DNA of 63,282 bases, the filler included, from Octopus bimaculoides (taxonomy: Eukaryota): NCBI RefSeq assembly GCF_001194135.2. It is 5 parts of 5 records of this genome, joined end to end, with 100 filler letters (N's around TTAATTAATTAA, not from the genome) between each part and the next. Parts side by side here need not be neighbours in the genome. Positions count along the whole stretch, not along the records: positions 1 to 18,366 come from NC_068981.1; positions 18,467 to 42,705 come from NC_069000.1; 3 more parts are not named here. The stretch is one strand, 5' to 3'. Of this stretch, positions 10,639 to 24,063 are shown piece by piece. A program made the translations under genes and the position numbers. Positions within the stretch are counted from its first letter, which is position 1. Every line of letters starts with the position of its first letter. The notes under the pieces were generated by a model. That model made no database searches. It saw only the letters and a list, made by a program, of their open reading frames with translations, and was not told the origin of the DNA.

Positions 10639-10825
10639 TGGTTTCAAATTTTGGCGCAAGGACAGCAATTTCGGAGAAGGGATAAGTCTATTACATTGAC
10701 CCCCTCAACTGGAACTTATTCTATCGACTCCGATGAAAGGCATTTGAACTCAGAACGTAAAGACTGACTAAATGTCTCAAAGCGTTTTGCCCGGCGTGCT
10801 AACAATTCTGCCAGCTCACCGCCTT
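10639..10825 (-). mobile_element. SINE-B, tail type 2
   Basis: Reverse complement AAGGCGGTGAGCTGGCAGAATTGTTAGCACGCCGGGC...CCAAAATTTGAAACCA. Confidence 0.88.
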
Positions 10826-11087
10826 ATACCGTTTATGATATTGGCGTCAAACAACAACTGTTTCAAATCTGAAGTGGATTAAAAAAAAATGAACTAAGAA
10901 GTCCCATAGGTCAGAACGGATTGAGCCATTTCACTGTAATGAACATTGACTGTGAAGTCTACATGAAATTGACATTTCCAGTATCATCAACAGATCTTAT
11001 GCTAACTCCATTGAAAGTAAAATTTATAGTTTCTATGTAAGTAAAAAACTGTTTTGTTCTTTTTTATTAACTATTCATATGCATAAA

Positions 11088-11281
11088 AGCGGAATCGCTA
11101 GCAAGCCACGCAAAATGTCAAGCAGTATTACGTTCTATGTTCAAATTCCGCCGAGTCAACTTTGCCTTTCTTCCTTTCGGGGCTGATAAAATAAATGCCG
11201 TTTGAGCACTGGGTCGATCTAATCGACTTACCTTCTTACTTCCTCCCCGACGTAGCTGCATTGTACCAAAATTAGAAACCG
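11088..11281 (+). mobile_element. SINE-B, degenerate, tail type 2
   Basis: GTTCAAATTCCGCCGAGTCAACTTTGCCTTTCTTCCTTTCGGGGCTGATAAAATAAA...GGTCGATCTAATCGAC...CCAAAATTAGAAACC. Confidence 0.85.
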
Positions 11282-11334
11282 ATCTTTATTTGCATTCTTT
11301 TTAATCTGTACATAATAAGCTGTAGGCAACTACG

Positions 11335-11575
11335 ACGTCCAGGATTCTATCCCGCTGGGTGGCAATTTGGGCGAATGTCATTCTCTGTAGCATCGGGTGG
11401 ACCCATAGTTTGTGAGTGAAATTGGGCTGTAGGAGCCCGTCGGGTAGATTGTGTCAATAATCCAAAAATTTTCAAGCGGTGTGAGGAGAGAAACACAGAT
11501 AGAAAGACCCACATAAATGTATGTATGTATGTATACGACGGGCTTCCACACAGTTTCTGCTTTCCAAATGATGGG
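11335..11575. mobile_element. Two degenerate SINE-A-like central-domain fragments in opposite orientations
   Basis: TTTGTGAGTGAAATTGGG...GGAGCCCGTCG on + and ACGACGGGCTTCCACACAGTTTCTG on - resemble the SINE-A core GTGAGTGGATTTGG-AGACGGAAACTGAAAGAAGC.CGTCG. Confidence 0.55.
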
Positions 11576-14500
11576 GAAGTAATTTACCCCTTGTTACAGT
11601 GAATAGTGTTGTGGGAGACTGATTGAACCTCTGATTATTCAGCCACTTTAGGATCTCCAGAAGTAATAACAATGGAGACGTTTTTTTCTCTTATCTACTC
11701 TTAGTCTTTAGGAAGATTTTTAACACTGTAGCTTAACGAAGAATTCACTAATAAAATAGCTGCTCCAGCTGTTTTATGACAAGTGAGCCATATCGTTATG
11801 TACATTTATTATCTACGTACATTAGTTCATTGTAGCTAGTTGGAAAGAGTAAGAATCAAATGTTTCAACCACGAACACATCACAATGAGATCAACAAGAA
11901 CTAAGACACATTAATCGCTCCCATACATTCAGCTACCTGCTGCTTCTTTTGCAGTAGTAATAACTTCAATAAAAAGAGAATAAAAACCTCAAATACGGAG
12001 TTTAAGTCTCCAGTTCTGGATCTGACAATTATTTCTATAGCAGATAATTACTTCTCAATGATAACATATTGCGTTGCTATTGTAATTAGGTGCTAATAGC
12101 TACATTGTTAATCATTTTCCCAAGAACACATACGCTGAAGGTGAAAGGAAATTATTTGTAAGTACTTTGAAAATAATATTTAGTATTTCAAAAATAATAT
12201 TTAAACGAAGATTTTAGTAAACTTTTTACGCTCGTCCCCAACAAATAGAATTATTGGAAGAAGGGACATAATTAAGAATATCTGTTAAATATCTTTGTTT
12301 TCATATGCAACAGTGCAAGAGAAATGATTCGGCAGTACACGTCTTTTCCTTTTGTAGTTTATATCTCTACCACCAAATATTTTCAAAGATCAGCAGGAAA
12401 AAAAAAGTCAAATTTCTATTTTTATCGTAGAATAGCTTGAAGGATAAAAAGCAATATTCAAAGAAAAGGAATTGTCAGTAATGTGGTACAATGAGATTCA
12501 AGTGATTGCAAGGATCGTTCTAAAGCTAAAATAATTACTTGATGAGAGTATGTGGATAACGGTACTGAGATGGTTAAGAAAATTAACTTCCTAATAGCCA
12601 ATTCTTTCTAACGAAAAATAGAGAACGTAATAACAGGAACAACATGTTGATTTAAGATTGACAAAATTGCAAATTAGACAAAATTCGCTAGCCTGCAGTA
12701 TTGAATTTAATTGCTGCAAACATCTTGGCAAAGCGTGCCGTTAGATTCATACTCTAGTTCTGATTATGCACTGCGTGTGAACCCCGTATCATGTTAACTA
12801 ATCACACAGATTATCTAAATATAAGACGAGCTAAAAGACTTCATCATTGTACACTACATTCACATAGCAATGATGCAAGAAACAAAGCTAAAACCTTAAC
12901 ACAGGCTCCTTGAAATCCACTACCCTCGCTGATTACATCGTAATAAAGTAAGACAAACCACCACAGTGAAAGCTTTATATAACATATACAAAGTCATGTA
13001 TCCAGTACATCGTCAATACAAATGATAGTCAACAGGGATGACAAGATTATTAGAAATATATGAACTGATGTTAAAAACACAAGAAACCCAAAATAAATGC
13101 TAACGGAATAGACGTAAACTTATCCTCACCAACTTCAACCATTCCAGTTACGACAGCTTAATATACCACGATTAAGACGACTTAATTGTTCACGGTATTT
13201 GCATGTACGAAAACAATATAGAAAACTCTAGAACAGATTAAGCTCTCTATATATCTTAAACAGCCCACACAAATACTCCAACGTAGCTCACGAAGCTACA
13301 CCGATTCCTTTCATAATAATGCTTCTTCTCCACGAATCTAATTACCATAATAACATGGTGAAAAATTCTCTGAGTCACTTGTGACCGCCTTCCAATCCAT
13401 ATCATATAGCACTGAAAAAACAACAAAATCACTTTCACAAACCTCAAATCATTCTATCATTCTAGAGAAATCACATCCATCAACAACAAATTATTTTACA
13501 GTTTCCGATTAAAATTGTGTTAACAACACCATCAGCACAACCACCACAATATACACTTCAATGCAAATACCTGACAAAATATTTGTAGAGCTTCCCTCAA
13601 AGTAGCATATCCTCAAGGCAACATAAACATATAACCTTAACTAAACAACAATATTCAATCAGAAAAATGCTAAGGTCAACCTCATACCAATACTTCCTAC
13701 AAGAGAACTACAAATTATGACCTAAGCAAGAAAATAATCATGGAATTAATTAAAAAACAAAGAAAAGCTGGAAACTGATAAAGATTGTATCTACCATGAA
13801 CCACAAACAGCATAACACTATATGAATAAATTAGCAGCATAACGGCTCTAACAACTGCCACACCACAGCACATTATATAACAGTAATTTCAACTGTTATT
13901 ACAACAATAAGCAAGCTTATTCATTACTTTTCCTCAAATCAGCCAACATAAATCACAAAGAGAATACATGAACACAAAAAATACACAGGGAGACCTCACC
14001 TTGAGTCTATTTTTATATCTAACATCAAAAAGGCAGTGGGGTAATTCCAAATATCAAATGCCTCGGGGACGGTCAAAATCACAAACGTATCTGAAGGAAG
14101 GTGTTTTCTTTTTTCATTCAACAGGAACATTTTCCTTCACCAACATCATTAACTAGTGACAGGAGCATTGCCAACTACCCAGAACCTGCAAACTGGATTG
14201 AAACAGCTTTAAAACATAGCAAGCAAAAAGAAACAATAAGCAGTATCAACCAAAGGATCATCCTGGTAGACACACTTTTAACATTTCAAAAATTCTCATC
14301 CTTCCCATTTCACGATATGGCTAAATCCTTACAATCAGATATGGTCGTATGTTTAAGAAGATCACTTCGATGCATCGTGCTTTAGGGATTTATCCCACTG
14401 CGTGACACTTTGGTTGAGCATCTAATATTACCTTAGGTCGACTTAATGCCTTATGAGTGAAATTCGGTTGACGGAAACTGTCTGGAGGCCTGTCGGAGGA

Positions 14501-14660
14501 AGACACTCATGTTTAACTCCATCACCTGGCCATTTGGGGCCCTTATTTCAAATATTCGATGGCTTCCTACCTTCCTCCTACCGCCATTTACTTTGTCCTC
14601 CAGCTTCTAGTTCAGAAAATAGTAAACAAATAAATGAATGAATAGATAAATAAATAAATA

Positions 14661-15040
14661 GGCGCAGACCCGGCTGTGTGGTAAGAAATTTGCTTTCTAA
14701 CCACATGGACCCAAGTTCAGTCCCACTGCGTGTCTTTTCCTATAGCCTCGGTCCGAGTGGATTTGGGAGACGGAAACTGAAAGAAGCTCGTCGTATGTAT
14801 GTATGTGTGTATGTGTGTGTGTGTCATTGTTTTTCCCCAACACTGCTTGACAACCGATGCTGGTTTGTTTACGTTCCGTAACCTTAGGGGTTCGGCAAAA
14901 GAAACCAATAGAATAAGTACCAGACTTAATAAAAAACAACTTCTGGGGGTCAATTAATTCGACTAAAATTATTCAGAGCAATGCCCCTGTATGACCGCAG
15001 TCTAATGACTGAAAACAGTAAAGAAAGAAGTAAAAGAATA
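14661..15040 (+). mobile_element. Near full-length SINE-A
   Basis: tRNA-like head, central GGATTTGGGAGACGGAAACTGAAAGAAGCTCGTCG, internal (TG)n, and tail ending GACCGCAGTCTAATGACTGAAAACAGTAAAG. Confidence 0.9.
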
Positions 15041-16109
15041 AAACAATAAATAAGCTACTACACGTCACACAAATATATATGTCGGTTTCAACAACAAAAC
15101 AAAAACATAAACCTTTGTAACTGCAATTCCATTCCATTTCATTCACTTGCAAATGAAATATCAAATAACTTCTATAAAACAAGGGGAAACGCTGATTGGA
15201 AATTATTATTTTTCATGTCACAATGATTGCAATAAAGCATTTAGAATCAATAGCGTACGGCAAAGATTCATCTTTTCATCTGCTCTCTTTACCACGTGTC
15301 TGCACATCTCTTTCACACCCTCATGAAATATTCACAGAACTTCATATGCAGGAGATAACAGAATTTTCTTCTACAACATCATTCTACACATACTTACAGT
15401 ACTAGTGCTCCACGCACACATCAAGCTGCTACAAATCTGGTTTTACCATTAAATATAAAATTAGCACCTACCAACTTAGAACATTCTTTCTTCTCAGCAA
15501 TACAAAAGAACAAACAGAAACAAAGATAATACTCAAGATCATAAACGAAGCACACACACACACACACACACACTCACACACACTCACACACACACACACT
15601 GAAGATAAAATGTAAAAATTCTATAAATGATCCCAAATTCCTTTGCAACACACAAAGTAGGATCTCCGTCGGTTATGTTTGACCATGTTTCTCATGTTTC
15701 TGCACATGAATGCACAGACTTAAAGACAAGATTTTTTTAGGAAGACTTGCAGTTACCCGCAAATATAAGTCTTCTATCCCGACGCCAGTGATATTTGTTC
15801 AAGGGAAAGACGGTCACTGACTTGGGTCAATGCAAGTTCGTACCAGTGTCCCAGCAGGCGTTGATTTCAGAATGCACAGGGCTGGAAGAAATGCAACATG
15901 ACATCTTTCTCGATCCGCTAAAAGTTTCGCCACTCCAACGCCCTACATTGGTACATTATACACAAGTCAGTATAAATATAAAAAAGCGAAAACATTGACT
16001 CGGAAACACCTAAACACTCGCAAACGTTATAATTGTCAATATATATTTAAAAAAGAACAAAACATTTCTAGTCCTGCTGCTACACTAATCTTTCCAGAAA
16101 AGTCACGGC

Positions 16110-16420
16110 AAACTACAAAAGAATATAAAGCTACACTCTTCGCTCAATCGTAGGTTACACACAGACCACCTACGCAACGGAATGAAGCTACTAAAAGTAC
16201 AAGGAACACTAAACATGCAATAGGCAGAGTTTGTTTTTGCAGCAAGCATCAGCTCACAGTATCTGCCATTATGTGTCTAATCGCACCACGCCCATAATAC
16301 CAAGGCAGATGCACAACTTCAAGAACACTTCGTATTCATACAGTTTATAAATGTCTTTGGTACATTCTGGAAGAATACCATGAAAACTATTAATCGACGA
16401 ATCAGACTACATCATGTTCA
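16110..16420 (+). mobile_element. Very degraded L2/Crack-like LINE 3' coding remnant
   Basis: LQKNIKLHSSLNRRLHTDHLRNGMKLLKVQGTLNMQ*AEFVF resembles LQKRAIRII...HT.PLF..L.ILKV....Q...FVF. Confidence 0.4.
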
Positions 16421-16849
16421 GTCGGTCATGATGCTACGATTCTGAAATATTTTATTGCCGGCTGTTAAATTGACATTGTTTCATATGCAGCAAGCAGTTT
16501 CGTTATACTGCGTAATTTATGATAAAATATTTCTAGTTTTGCCTTTTTCTTTCTATTTTTATTCCAAAATGATTGCGTCCATGGCTTTCAAAGGCTGTCC
16601 GAGACCAGCAAGACCAATGTGTTTAATGTTCCTCATGTACACTTACAATTTGGTGGCTACAGGAAACACATGAGTAAAGAAGGAATTCCAGGGGCTCGAT
16701 AGTTGGAGACGAAAGATTAGGCAAAGAGGTTAGTGCGGGAATGGGAAAGGGACACAACATGAATGATGAAAGGAAGAGAGACGATAATAGAATACTTGAG
16801 TGGAGATAGCACAAGGCCCGCCTACTTCGAGGTGCAGAGGCCATTATAG

Positions 16850-17390
16850 CATCTTTCTAGATGATTAATAGTTGTTGGGTAAATAAAGTTTTACAGCCAC
16901 TCAAAGGGAAGTCATCTTTGTGACGCAATCTTTTTGGGGAATGTTTATTCGCAGGAGAGAATTAGCGATGATGGGATTTTGTAGTTGTAGTGTCCGTGAG
17001 ATTTCTAGTTATATCATGTTCACATTTTGCAGGGATATTGATTATGTTTTCTCGATATGTAGAGAGATTTATATTTGTGCTGTTGGGGTAGATATTCCTG
17101 GCATGAGGATACTGGAGCATACTTTTAAGATAGATGTTTATAGAGTCAGATCCGGCTTAACTTGAAGACTCTTGGCTGCATGTGGATGACGGTTAAGTAC
17201 AGAGGATTAGATAGGAATGAGATGTGCGGCTGAATCGAACAATGCCTACGTAGAGGAGATGACAAGAAGATGGTCTGTATGTAAGTGAGGGACAAAACAA
17301 ATCTCAGGGGTGCACCAGAGTTAAAAAGGGCGTATGTCAGAGGGAGCTGCATGAACACACGCAGCCATAAGCAAGTTGACAAGTGGCCAC
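16850..17390 (-). mobile_element. Degraded Penelope-like GIY-YIG region
   Basis: Minus ORF ...RRHCSIQPHISFLSNPLYLTVIH and a downstream SLYI resemble the cysteine-rich and LYIG segments of Penelope endonucleases. Similarity is weak. Confidence 0.4.
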
Positions 17391-17394
17391 CAAT

Positions 17395-18248
17395 ACAAGA
17401 GTTATGTTTAATAAAAAAAAATAACTTACTTATCTAAGTTTAACATCATCATCTTCGAAATAGTCACCTTGCGCAGCAGTACACCGGTCCTAATGTTCTT
17501 ACCACTTTTGGAAATCGAGCTGGAAGTCGTTTTCCATAAGCGAGTCGAAGACTTTCTGCTATTCGCTCTGGATCTCGACAACGGTGTAAAAACGGTAATC
17601 TTTGAGCTGCATTTTCTTCTTGGGGAAGAGATGGAAGTCCGCAGGTGCTAAATCTGGCGGGTGTAAAAGCGATACTATGTTGTGATTGGCGAGAAACTCA
17701 CGAAGGAGAAAAGCTCGGTGACAGGAAGCATTGTCGTCGTGAAGAATCCTATTCTTCGCGTTCCTCAGATCCACTCGCTTTCGGTAAATGTCCTCCCTCA
17801 AACGCTTCAAAACGTCGCTGTAGAACTCTCGATTGACGTCTGACCCAGGAGGACGAATTATCGATGCACACTAACGCACTTCCGGGGATGACGCGCGCGG
17901 CAAGTTTTCCACTTTTAAAGCGCCCGTGTCACTCAAAATATTGCGTACGACCCATTACCTCGTCGCCGTATGCTTGCCGAAGCATGTTTAATGTCTCTGT
18001 AACAGACTTCTCAAGTTTAACGCAAAATTTCACGTTGGCTTTTTGTTCCTGTCCATGACCAAATCGCAGACTACAGCATACACGTGATTACAAAAACACA
18101 AATTTCACTATTTGAAAAACGCTGCAACGTCACTCGGCACATTCCCTCATGAAAGTCACTGCTAGCTCTCACTGCGGACGCATCCGTGTGCTACCATCTG
18201 TTGGTGCGCTACAGATCTAGTCCGGGAACTTTTTAATACCACCTCGTA
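17395..18248 (-). mobile_element. Internally deleted mariner (DD34D) transposon
   Basis: N-terminus EQKANVKFCVKLEKSVTETLNMLRQAYGDEVMGRTQ.FE*HGRFKSG, then ILHDDNASCH...HPPDLAPADFHLFP...AQGDYFE. 5' TIR TACGAGGTGGTATTAAAAAGTTCCC ends at 18248. Confidence 0.93.
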
Positions 18249-18288
<40 letters not shown>

Positions 18289-18410
18289 ATATTTTATATA
18301 TACTTTATCTATAAGGCTCAATTTAATTTTAATTTTTTATAAATTGATTTTAATTGAGTTTTTTACNNNNNNNNNNNNNNNNNNNNNNNNNNNNNNNNNN
18401 NNNNNNNNNN

Positions 18411-18422
18411 TTAATTAATTAA
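18411..18422. other. Assembly linker TTAATTAATTAA inside a 100-bp gap (also 42750-42761, 53018-53029, 61013-61024)
   Basis: Identical 12-mer with stops in all six frames, flanked by N-runs; 44+12+44 = 100 bp where counted. Confidence 0.97.
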
Positions 18423-18477
18423 NNNNNNNNNNNNNNNNNNNNNNNNNNNNNNNNNNNNNNNNNNNNGAAAAACTGAG

Positions 18478-18555
18478 AGTCAAAGTCGACCTCGGCAGAA
18501 TTTGAACTCAGACGATGGGCGAAAGGCAGAGAAGCGTTTCGCTCGACGCTGCCTA
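18478..18555 (-). mobile_element. SINE-B fragment
   Basis: CAAAGTCGACCTCGGCAGAATTTGAACTCAGA is the reverse complement of the SINE-B B-box/core region. Confidence 0.7.
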
Positions 18556-20036
18556 TATATGATCGACATTACTAATATGGTCATGTCTACTGAAGCTTGA
18601 ACTGCAGTTTATTGACGTTGCTGGATGCACATTAAGCTACATAATAGGTGTCTTCCACATATGCATCACACGTTTACATGGGCACATATCTCATGTATAA
18701 GCACGCATGCAAAAAAATTATACAAGTTCAGATGACGGAGGTAAACACAAACAATGCCTCGATATATATACAAGCATAGAATATATACATTCATATCTAC
18801 GTTCATACGTAGACCTTCAGGCGATAACACACATACAATCACAGTGATACATTCAAGCTCATACACACATGTACACACACTTACACAAAGATACAACACA
18901 CGACCTAATCTCAACATACGTAGCAGAATTACGCACATGCTCGGTCAAAGAAAGATAGAAGATGCAACATAAGGGAGATAGATGATATGTTATTAAGTCG
19001 ATTAGGTCGTCCATTTTGAGAGTATAATGTGACACATTCGAATTGCAAGTAGACGCAGTCAGTATTCAGTTACTCTGTGCAAGGAAAGTGAAAGTAGAAA
19101 GTGAAACTAGAGAAGCGGAACATTAGTCATATTATTTCGGAAGACATTCGGCTGCGTTTCTATCCATTGTCTTCTCTACGCTTTCTTCCTCACAAATAAT
19201 TTCTTTTTTTTATTTGGTTATATCTTTCTATATATTCCTTTTATTTATTTATTTATTCATTTGTTATCTTTCTGTATTTTAGTGAAACTTTGCTGTTACG
19301 TTTCTACAAACTTGTACAAGTTTACATATCCGAAAACTGTGTGTNNNNNNNNNNNNNNNNNNNNNNNNNNNNNNNNNNNNNNNNNNNNNNNNNNNNNNNN
19401 NNNNNNNNNNNNNNNNNNNNNNNNNNNNNNNNNNNNNNNNNNNNNNNNNNNNNNNNNNNNNNNNNNNNNNNNNNNNNNNNNNNNNNNNNNNNNNNNNNNN
19501 NNNNNNNNNNNNNNNNNNNNNNNNNNNNNNNNNNNNNNNNNNNNNNNNNNNNNNNNNNNNNNNNNNNNNNNNNNNNNNNNNNNNNNNNNNNNNNNNNNNN
19601 NNNNNNNNNNNNNNNNNNNNNNNNNNNNNNNNNNNNNNNNNNNNNNNNNNNNNNNNNNNNNNNNNNNNNNNNNNNNNNNNNNNNNNNNNNNNNNNNNNNN
19701 NNNNNNNNNNNNNNNNNNNNNNNNNNNNNNNNNNNNNNNNNNNNNNNNNNNNNNNNNNNNNNNNNNNNNNNNNNNNNNNNNNNNNNNNNNNNNNNNNNNN
19801 NNNNNNNNNNNNNNNNNNNNNNNNNNNNNNNNNNNNNNNNNNNNNNNNNNNNNNNNNNNNNNNNNNNNNNNNNNNNNNNNNNNNNNNNNNNNNNNNNNNN
19901 NNNNNNNNNNNNNNNNNNNNNNNNNNNNNNNNNNNNNNNNNNNNNNNNNNNNNNNNNNNNNNNNNNNNNNNNNNNNNNNNNNNNNNNNNNNNNNNNNNNN
20001 NNNNNNNNNNNNNNNNNNNNNNNNNNNNNNNNNNNN

Positions 20037-20087
<51 letters not shown>

Positions 20088-20181
20088 ATTTATTGGCCAC
20101 AAGGGTCCAACATATGGAGGGCAATATCAATGGGTGAGATACAACACACAAAAACAAACAAAAACCCTAAAAGACATAAAA

Positions 20182-20225
20182 GACATTTTGTCCGGCATGT
20201 AAACAATTCTGCCAGTTCGCCGCCT
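20182..20225 (-). mobile_element. SINE-B head fragment
   Basis: CATTTTGTCCGGCATGTAAACAATTCTGCCAGTTCGCCGCCT. Confidence 0.7.
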
Positions 20226-21045
20226 CATGTAATAGTACAAATAGTAGTAACTAGCGTGAACACTGAAGATTTTACGGAAGTAATGGTAAACCTATTGGGT
20301 TATTTCTAAAAGCTTTATAAAAAAAAACCCCGAAAGCGTAGACTCTGTTGTGTCTGTATAGAAAGATAGTCACTCATTTGCTGCTCATTGGAAAGTGAAA
20401 GAGATTGGCATACGATCATTACTTTATATACTTTATGTACAATTTTATAGACTTAGTACACAGCACACATAAAATAAATGTTCAGTCTTATTTTTTCCAT
20501 TTTTCCCATAAACTCACACACAAAAAAATAATCCCGTACATATGATACAACATTTAGTTCAATTGCATATATCTCCCACGTAAGTAAGCGTGAATACTTC
20601 ACGGAATTACACTTATGCGCATGTGTTAAGTGATGTGTGATATAATAAAAGATTTAGTTCAATTTTAAAAACAAATACATTTTTCAATCTTCACGCACCA
20701 CCACTACCTCCACCACTACCATCTCCACCACCACCACTGTCATCACCATCATCATCTCCCTCTCCTCATCTCTCCCCCTCCTTTCTCGTACCTCTCATTT
20801 TGCCTTTCTTTAACCTCACCATCAGAATATCACCCCTCTGCTATTTCACTACCTTAAACTAACCTTTTTAACCGCATAATAAATATCACGTTCCCCCTAT
20901 CACACGATATCCACACTCTTTTCCTCTCTGTGTCTTTCTGTCTCACTCTTCGCCTTATCCTTTTTTTCTTTCTCCCCTATTTTCTTTCAACTAATCATTT
21001 GAAAGCGTTACGATTACATTCCCTCTACTTCCCATCATGGACGCT

Positions 21046-21087
<42 letters not shown>

Positions 21088-21185
21088 CCTCTTTTCTTTC
21101 TCCCTCTTTTTCTCTAATCCCGTGAAAGCGTTACCGGCGAGCTAATTAACCTAATGAGAAGCAGAATTATTATAAAATGGTAATA

Positions 21186-21316
21186 AGGCGGCGAACTGGC
21201 AGAATCGTTACCACACCGGGCAAAATTCTTTACGGTATTTCATCTGTCTTTATCTCCTAAGTTCAAATTCCACCGAGATATACTTCCATCCTTTCGGGGT
21301 CGATAAAATTAGTACA
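21186..21316 (+). mobile_element. SINE-B, 3'-truncated
   Basis: AAGGCGGCGAACTGGCAGAATCGTTA...AGTTCAAATTCC...CATCCTTTCGGGGTCGATAAAATTAGTAC. Confidence 0.88.
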
Positions 21317-22411
21317 TTCATTGAAAAATATTTAAAGCAGGAATACATTATATATAACATCAGACGTTTCTCAATATCTGAACGTAGCCGAAGCCTTTCA
21401 GACGACTTTGATTGATTACAATGTTGCTATGAATAAGCAGTGTGAATTTTAATGGCACACTTAACAAACCGTGACGTCTAAGCCACACGCTGTTTGTTAA
21501 AATACTGATCGTAAATTTCGACTTGCTGCGGCCTTTAGGAAAATATCGCAACCTTTAGGACACGTTCAATCATTCCATTGCAATTTTCAATTGATGTATC
21601 AAGTGCTGGTTGATGCTGCTACTAGATACACATGAAGATTGTGGAGATCCTGAAAGTACTTGCAGTATTATAATCTGTAACATTATATCTAAAATTGTAT
21701 ATACAAAAATGAAACATGAAAATCAGACAATGCTGGAATTTGATTGATTAATATATTTATTTGTACATAATCATACAAACAATAGTGTATATGTATGAGT
21801 ATTTGTGTGTGTGCGTATGTATTTGTGTGTATGTAGGTGTTCATGTTTGTATGTACATACACATACATGTATATATATGAGCATGTGATGGGGCAGACAA
21901 GCGAATATGAAACAAGACACAAATCAAAATATATCTTTATTTCGACGCCCGGAACAACATGGAAGGAAAAACGAATATCAAAGCCAACTCTAAGTGTAGA
22001 AAAACACGGCCTAAATTCATTGATTTCCTGATGGCCTGAACTTAAGCCATTGGACTTTCTTCATCAATGAGTATGTGTGAAAATAAGTGTTAAAAAAACA
22101 ACCGACTCTCTTCTGAAAGGGCGTTGGATTATAGTGTCGAAATCTAATCACAAAGGGAAATATTGAAACTTCTTACATTAAGTCTCGACTAGTCGACTGG
22201 TGAGTAAAGGTAGAGCATTGTTTTGATATTCACTGTATTCATAAGATAGATGTAATGTTGAAAGTTTGCTGTCTCAAGTGTCAAAATTTATGTTTCATTA
22301 AACATTGATAAGATATCACACATCTACATAGTGTACAATCAGAGCAACATTCTAGGTGTTAAAGGACGAAAGAGGAATATTCTCATTACAGATATGAATA
22401 TGAAAGTCGAT

Positions 22412-22491
<80 letters not shown>

Positions 22492-22523
22492 NNNNNNNNN
22501 NNNNNNNNNNNNNNNNNNNNNNN

Positions 22524-22574
<51 letters not shown>

Positions 22575-22620
22575 ATGTAAGTATGTGCACATATATATAT
22601 GAATATACACACACATACAT
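22412..22620. repeat. (CA)n / gap / (TA)n microsatellite
   Basis: Seen directly in the sequence. Confidence 0.95.
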
Positions 22621-22629
22621 CTAATCTAA

Positions 22630-23110
22630 TATTATTATTACTCTTGAGTGAGAGAGCCGTGTTTGCCAGCGAAGTGACACTGGGGTAACATATACGAAGC
22701 CCAATATATCCATCATGACTACCCGTCTGATAAGGGTACACCAGGCACATGCATCACAACCATCTGTTCGCGACATGGTGACCTCATATCAAGATGGACA
22801 GCGCATGACCTCGCACGTGGGGTTCAGTTATAATTTTCTTCAGGTCGAGTAGTCCATCCTGCTCAAAAGGTCTCTGAAAAATGGTTGTTTTTGAGGATGT
22901 TGAACTAAACACTTGTGTTTCCAGAGGTGAATTGTCCAAACCCCAATGCATCATAGTTATGATACCCCCGATCAGAGATGCACATATCGTCAGCCACTGA
23001 CATACTCAATCAGTTTAGGCTCAACAACTTACGAGCAAATCTGTGGTATTGAGCAGAGTATTTGCTGTAACCCATCTTTTTTATACCAACACAAAAGAAT
23101 GTACGTGATA
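22630..23110 (-). mobile_element. Dispersed retroposon-like repeat ending in (TAA)n (unclassified; LINE 3'UTR or SINE)
   Basis: Shares ~170 bp with 3553-3720 (TTACAG.AAATA.TCTGC.CAATAC...GTGGCTGAC.ATATGTG.ATCTCTGATC). The minus strand ends ...CTCACTCAAGAGTAATAATAAT. Confidence 0.6.
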
Positions 23111-23137
23111 ACACATTATTATTATCATTATTATTGC

Positions 23138-23203
<66 letters not shown>

Positions 23204-23205
23204 AC

Positions 23206-23398
23206 AATGGACTGTATACTTGTTGTAACTTGGTAAACTGTAGTCCGATGATATTTCGGAATAAAAATTCCTTCTTCAGATCTTATTTGCTGGAGTCTCT
23301 GCTATAAACTGCAGCAAATAAGATCTGAAGAAGGAATTCTAATTCCGAAATATCATCGGACTACAGTTTACCAAGTTACAACAGGTATACAGTTCATT
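23206..23398. repeat. Foldback: 91-bp arms, 11-nt loop, each arm with an HHR-like core
   Basis: Arms 23206-23296 and 23308-23398 differ at 5 positions. Right arm reads GAU-CUGAAGA-A-GGAAU-UCUA-AUUCC-GAAA-U-AUC^-AUC (23322-23357). Confidence 0.93.
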
Positions 23399-23696
23399 TT
23401 TTGTTCTATATTGCATTGTTATACCTTCCTAAACTTTTTATTCTTTACAAATAATACACAATGCTTCAAGCGAACTACAATACTCTCCTATTATTATTAT
23501 TATCATCCTCGTCATCATCATCATCATCATCATTTATTAAAACTCACAGCATATATTGCTGGGTATGAGGAAAAGTGTCAGCTGTCCACAGCCGGCAAAC
23601 TATGATGAGTCTTGTTTTACTGGTTATGCTTCAAGAACCTTGCGAAGAATTATGGCAGTGCCAAGCAATCCTTGTTCAACCTTCACACTTGCACGA

Positions 23697-23910
23697 GCGG
23701 CGAACTGGCAGAATCGTTAGCACGCCGGGGGAATTGCTTAGCTGTGTTTCATCTGTCTTCATGTTCCGAGTTCAAATTCCGCCGAGGTCGACTTTGCTTC
23801 TCATCCTTTCGGGGTCGATAAACTAAGTACCAGTTGCGTATTAGGATCGATGTAATCGACTGGCCCCCTCCTCCCCCAAAATTTCGGGCCTTGGGCCTAC
23901 AGTAGAAAAG
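23697..23910 (+). mobile_element. Full-length SINE-B, tail type 1, followed by (ATT)n to 24065
   Basis: GCGGCGAACTGGCAGAATCGTTAGCACGCCGGG...GAGTTCAAATTCCGCCGAGGTCGACTTTGC..TCATCCTTTCGGGGTCGATAAACTAAGTACCAG...GTAGAAAAGATTATT. Confidence 0.93.
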
Positions 23911-23952
<42 letters not shown>

Positions 23953-23973
23953 TTGATTATTATTATTATTATA

Positions 23974-24063
<90 letters not shown>

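Noticed and set aside
12900-14400. A/C-rich tract with faint LINE RT-like words
   Set aside because: Too degraded to support by hand translation; needs a profile search.
18411-18422. TTAATTAATTAA repeated four times in the window
   Set aside because: Always centred in N-runs (44+12+44 bp where counted) and encodes stops in all six frames: a scaffolding linker, not biology.
19261-20309. Long ORFs of 250-570 aa (also 29635-30845, 37903-38679, 48045-49021, 53828-54587, 61173-62885)
   Set aside because: They run through N-gaps and microsatellites; no coding evidence.
21990-22200. WPELKPLDF resembling the Tc1/maT WPPNSPDLNPLD motif
   Set aside because: A single short motif without TIRs or further support.
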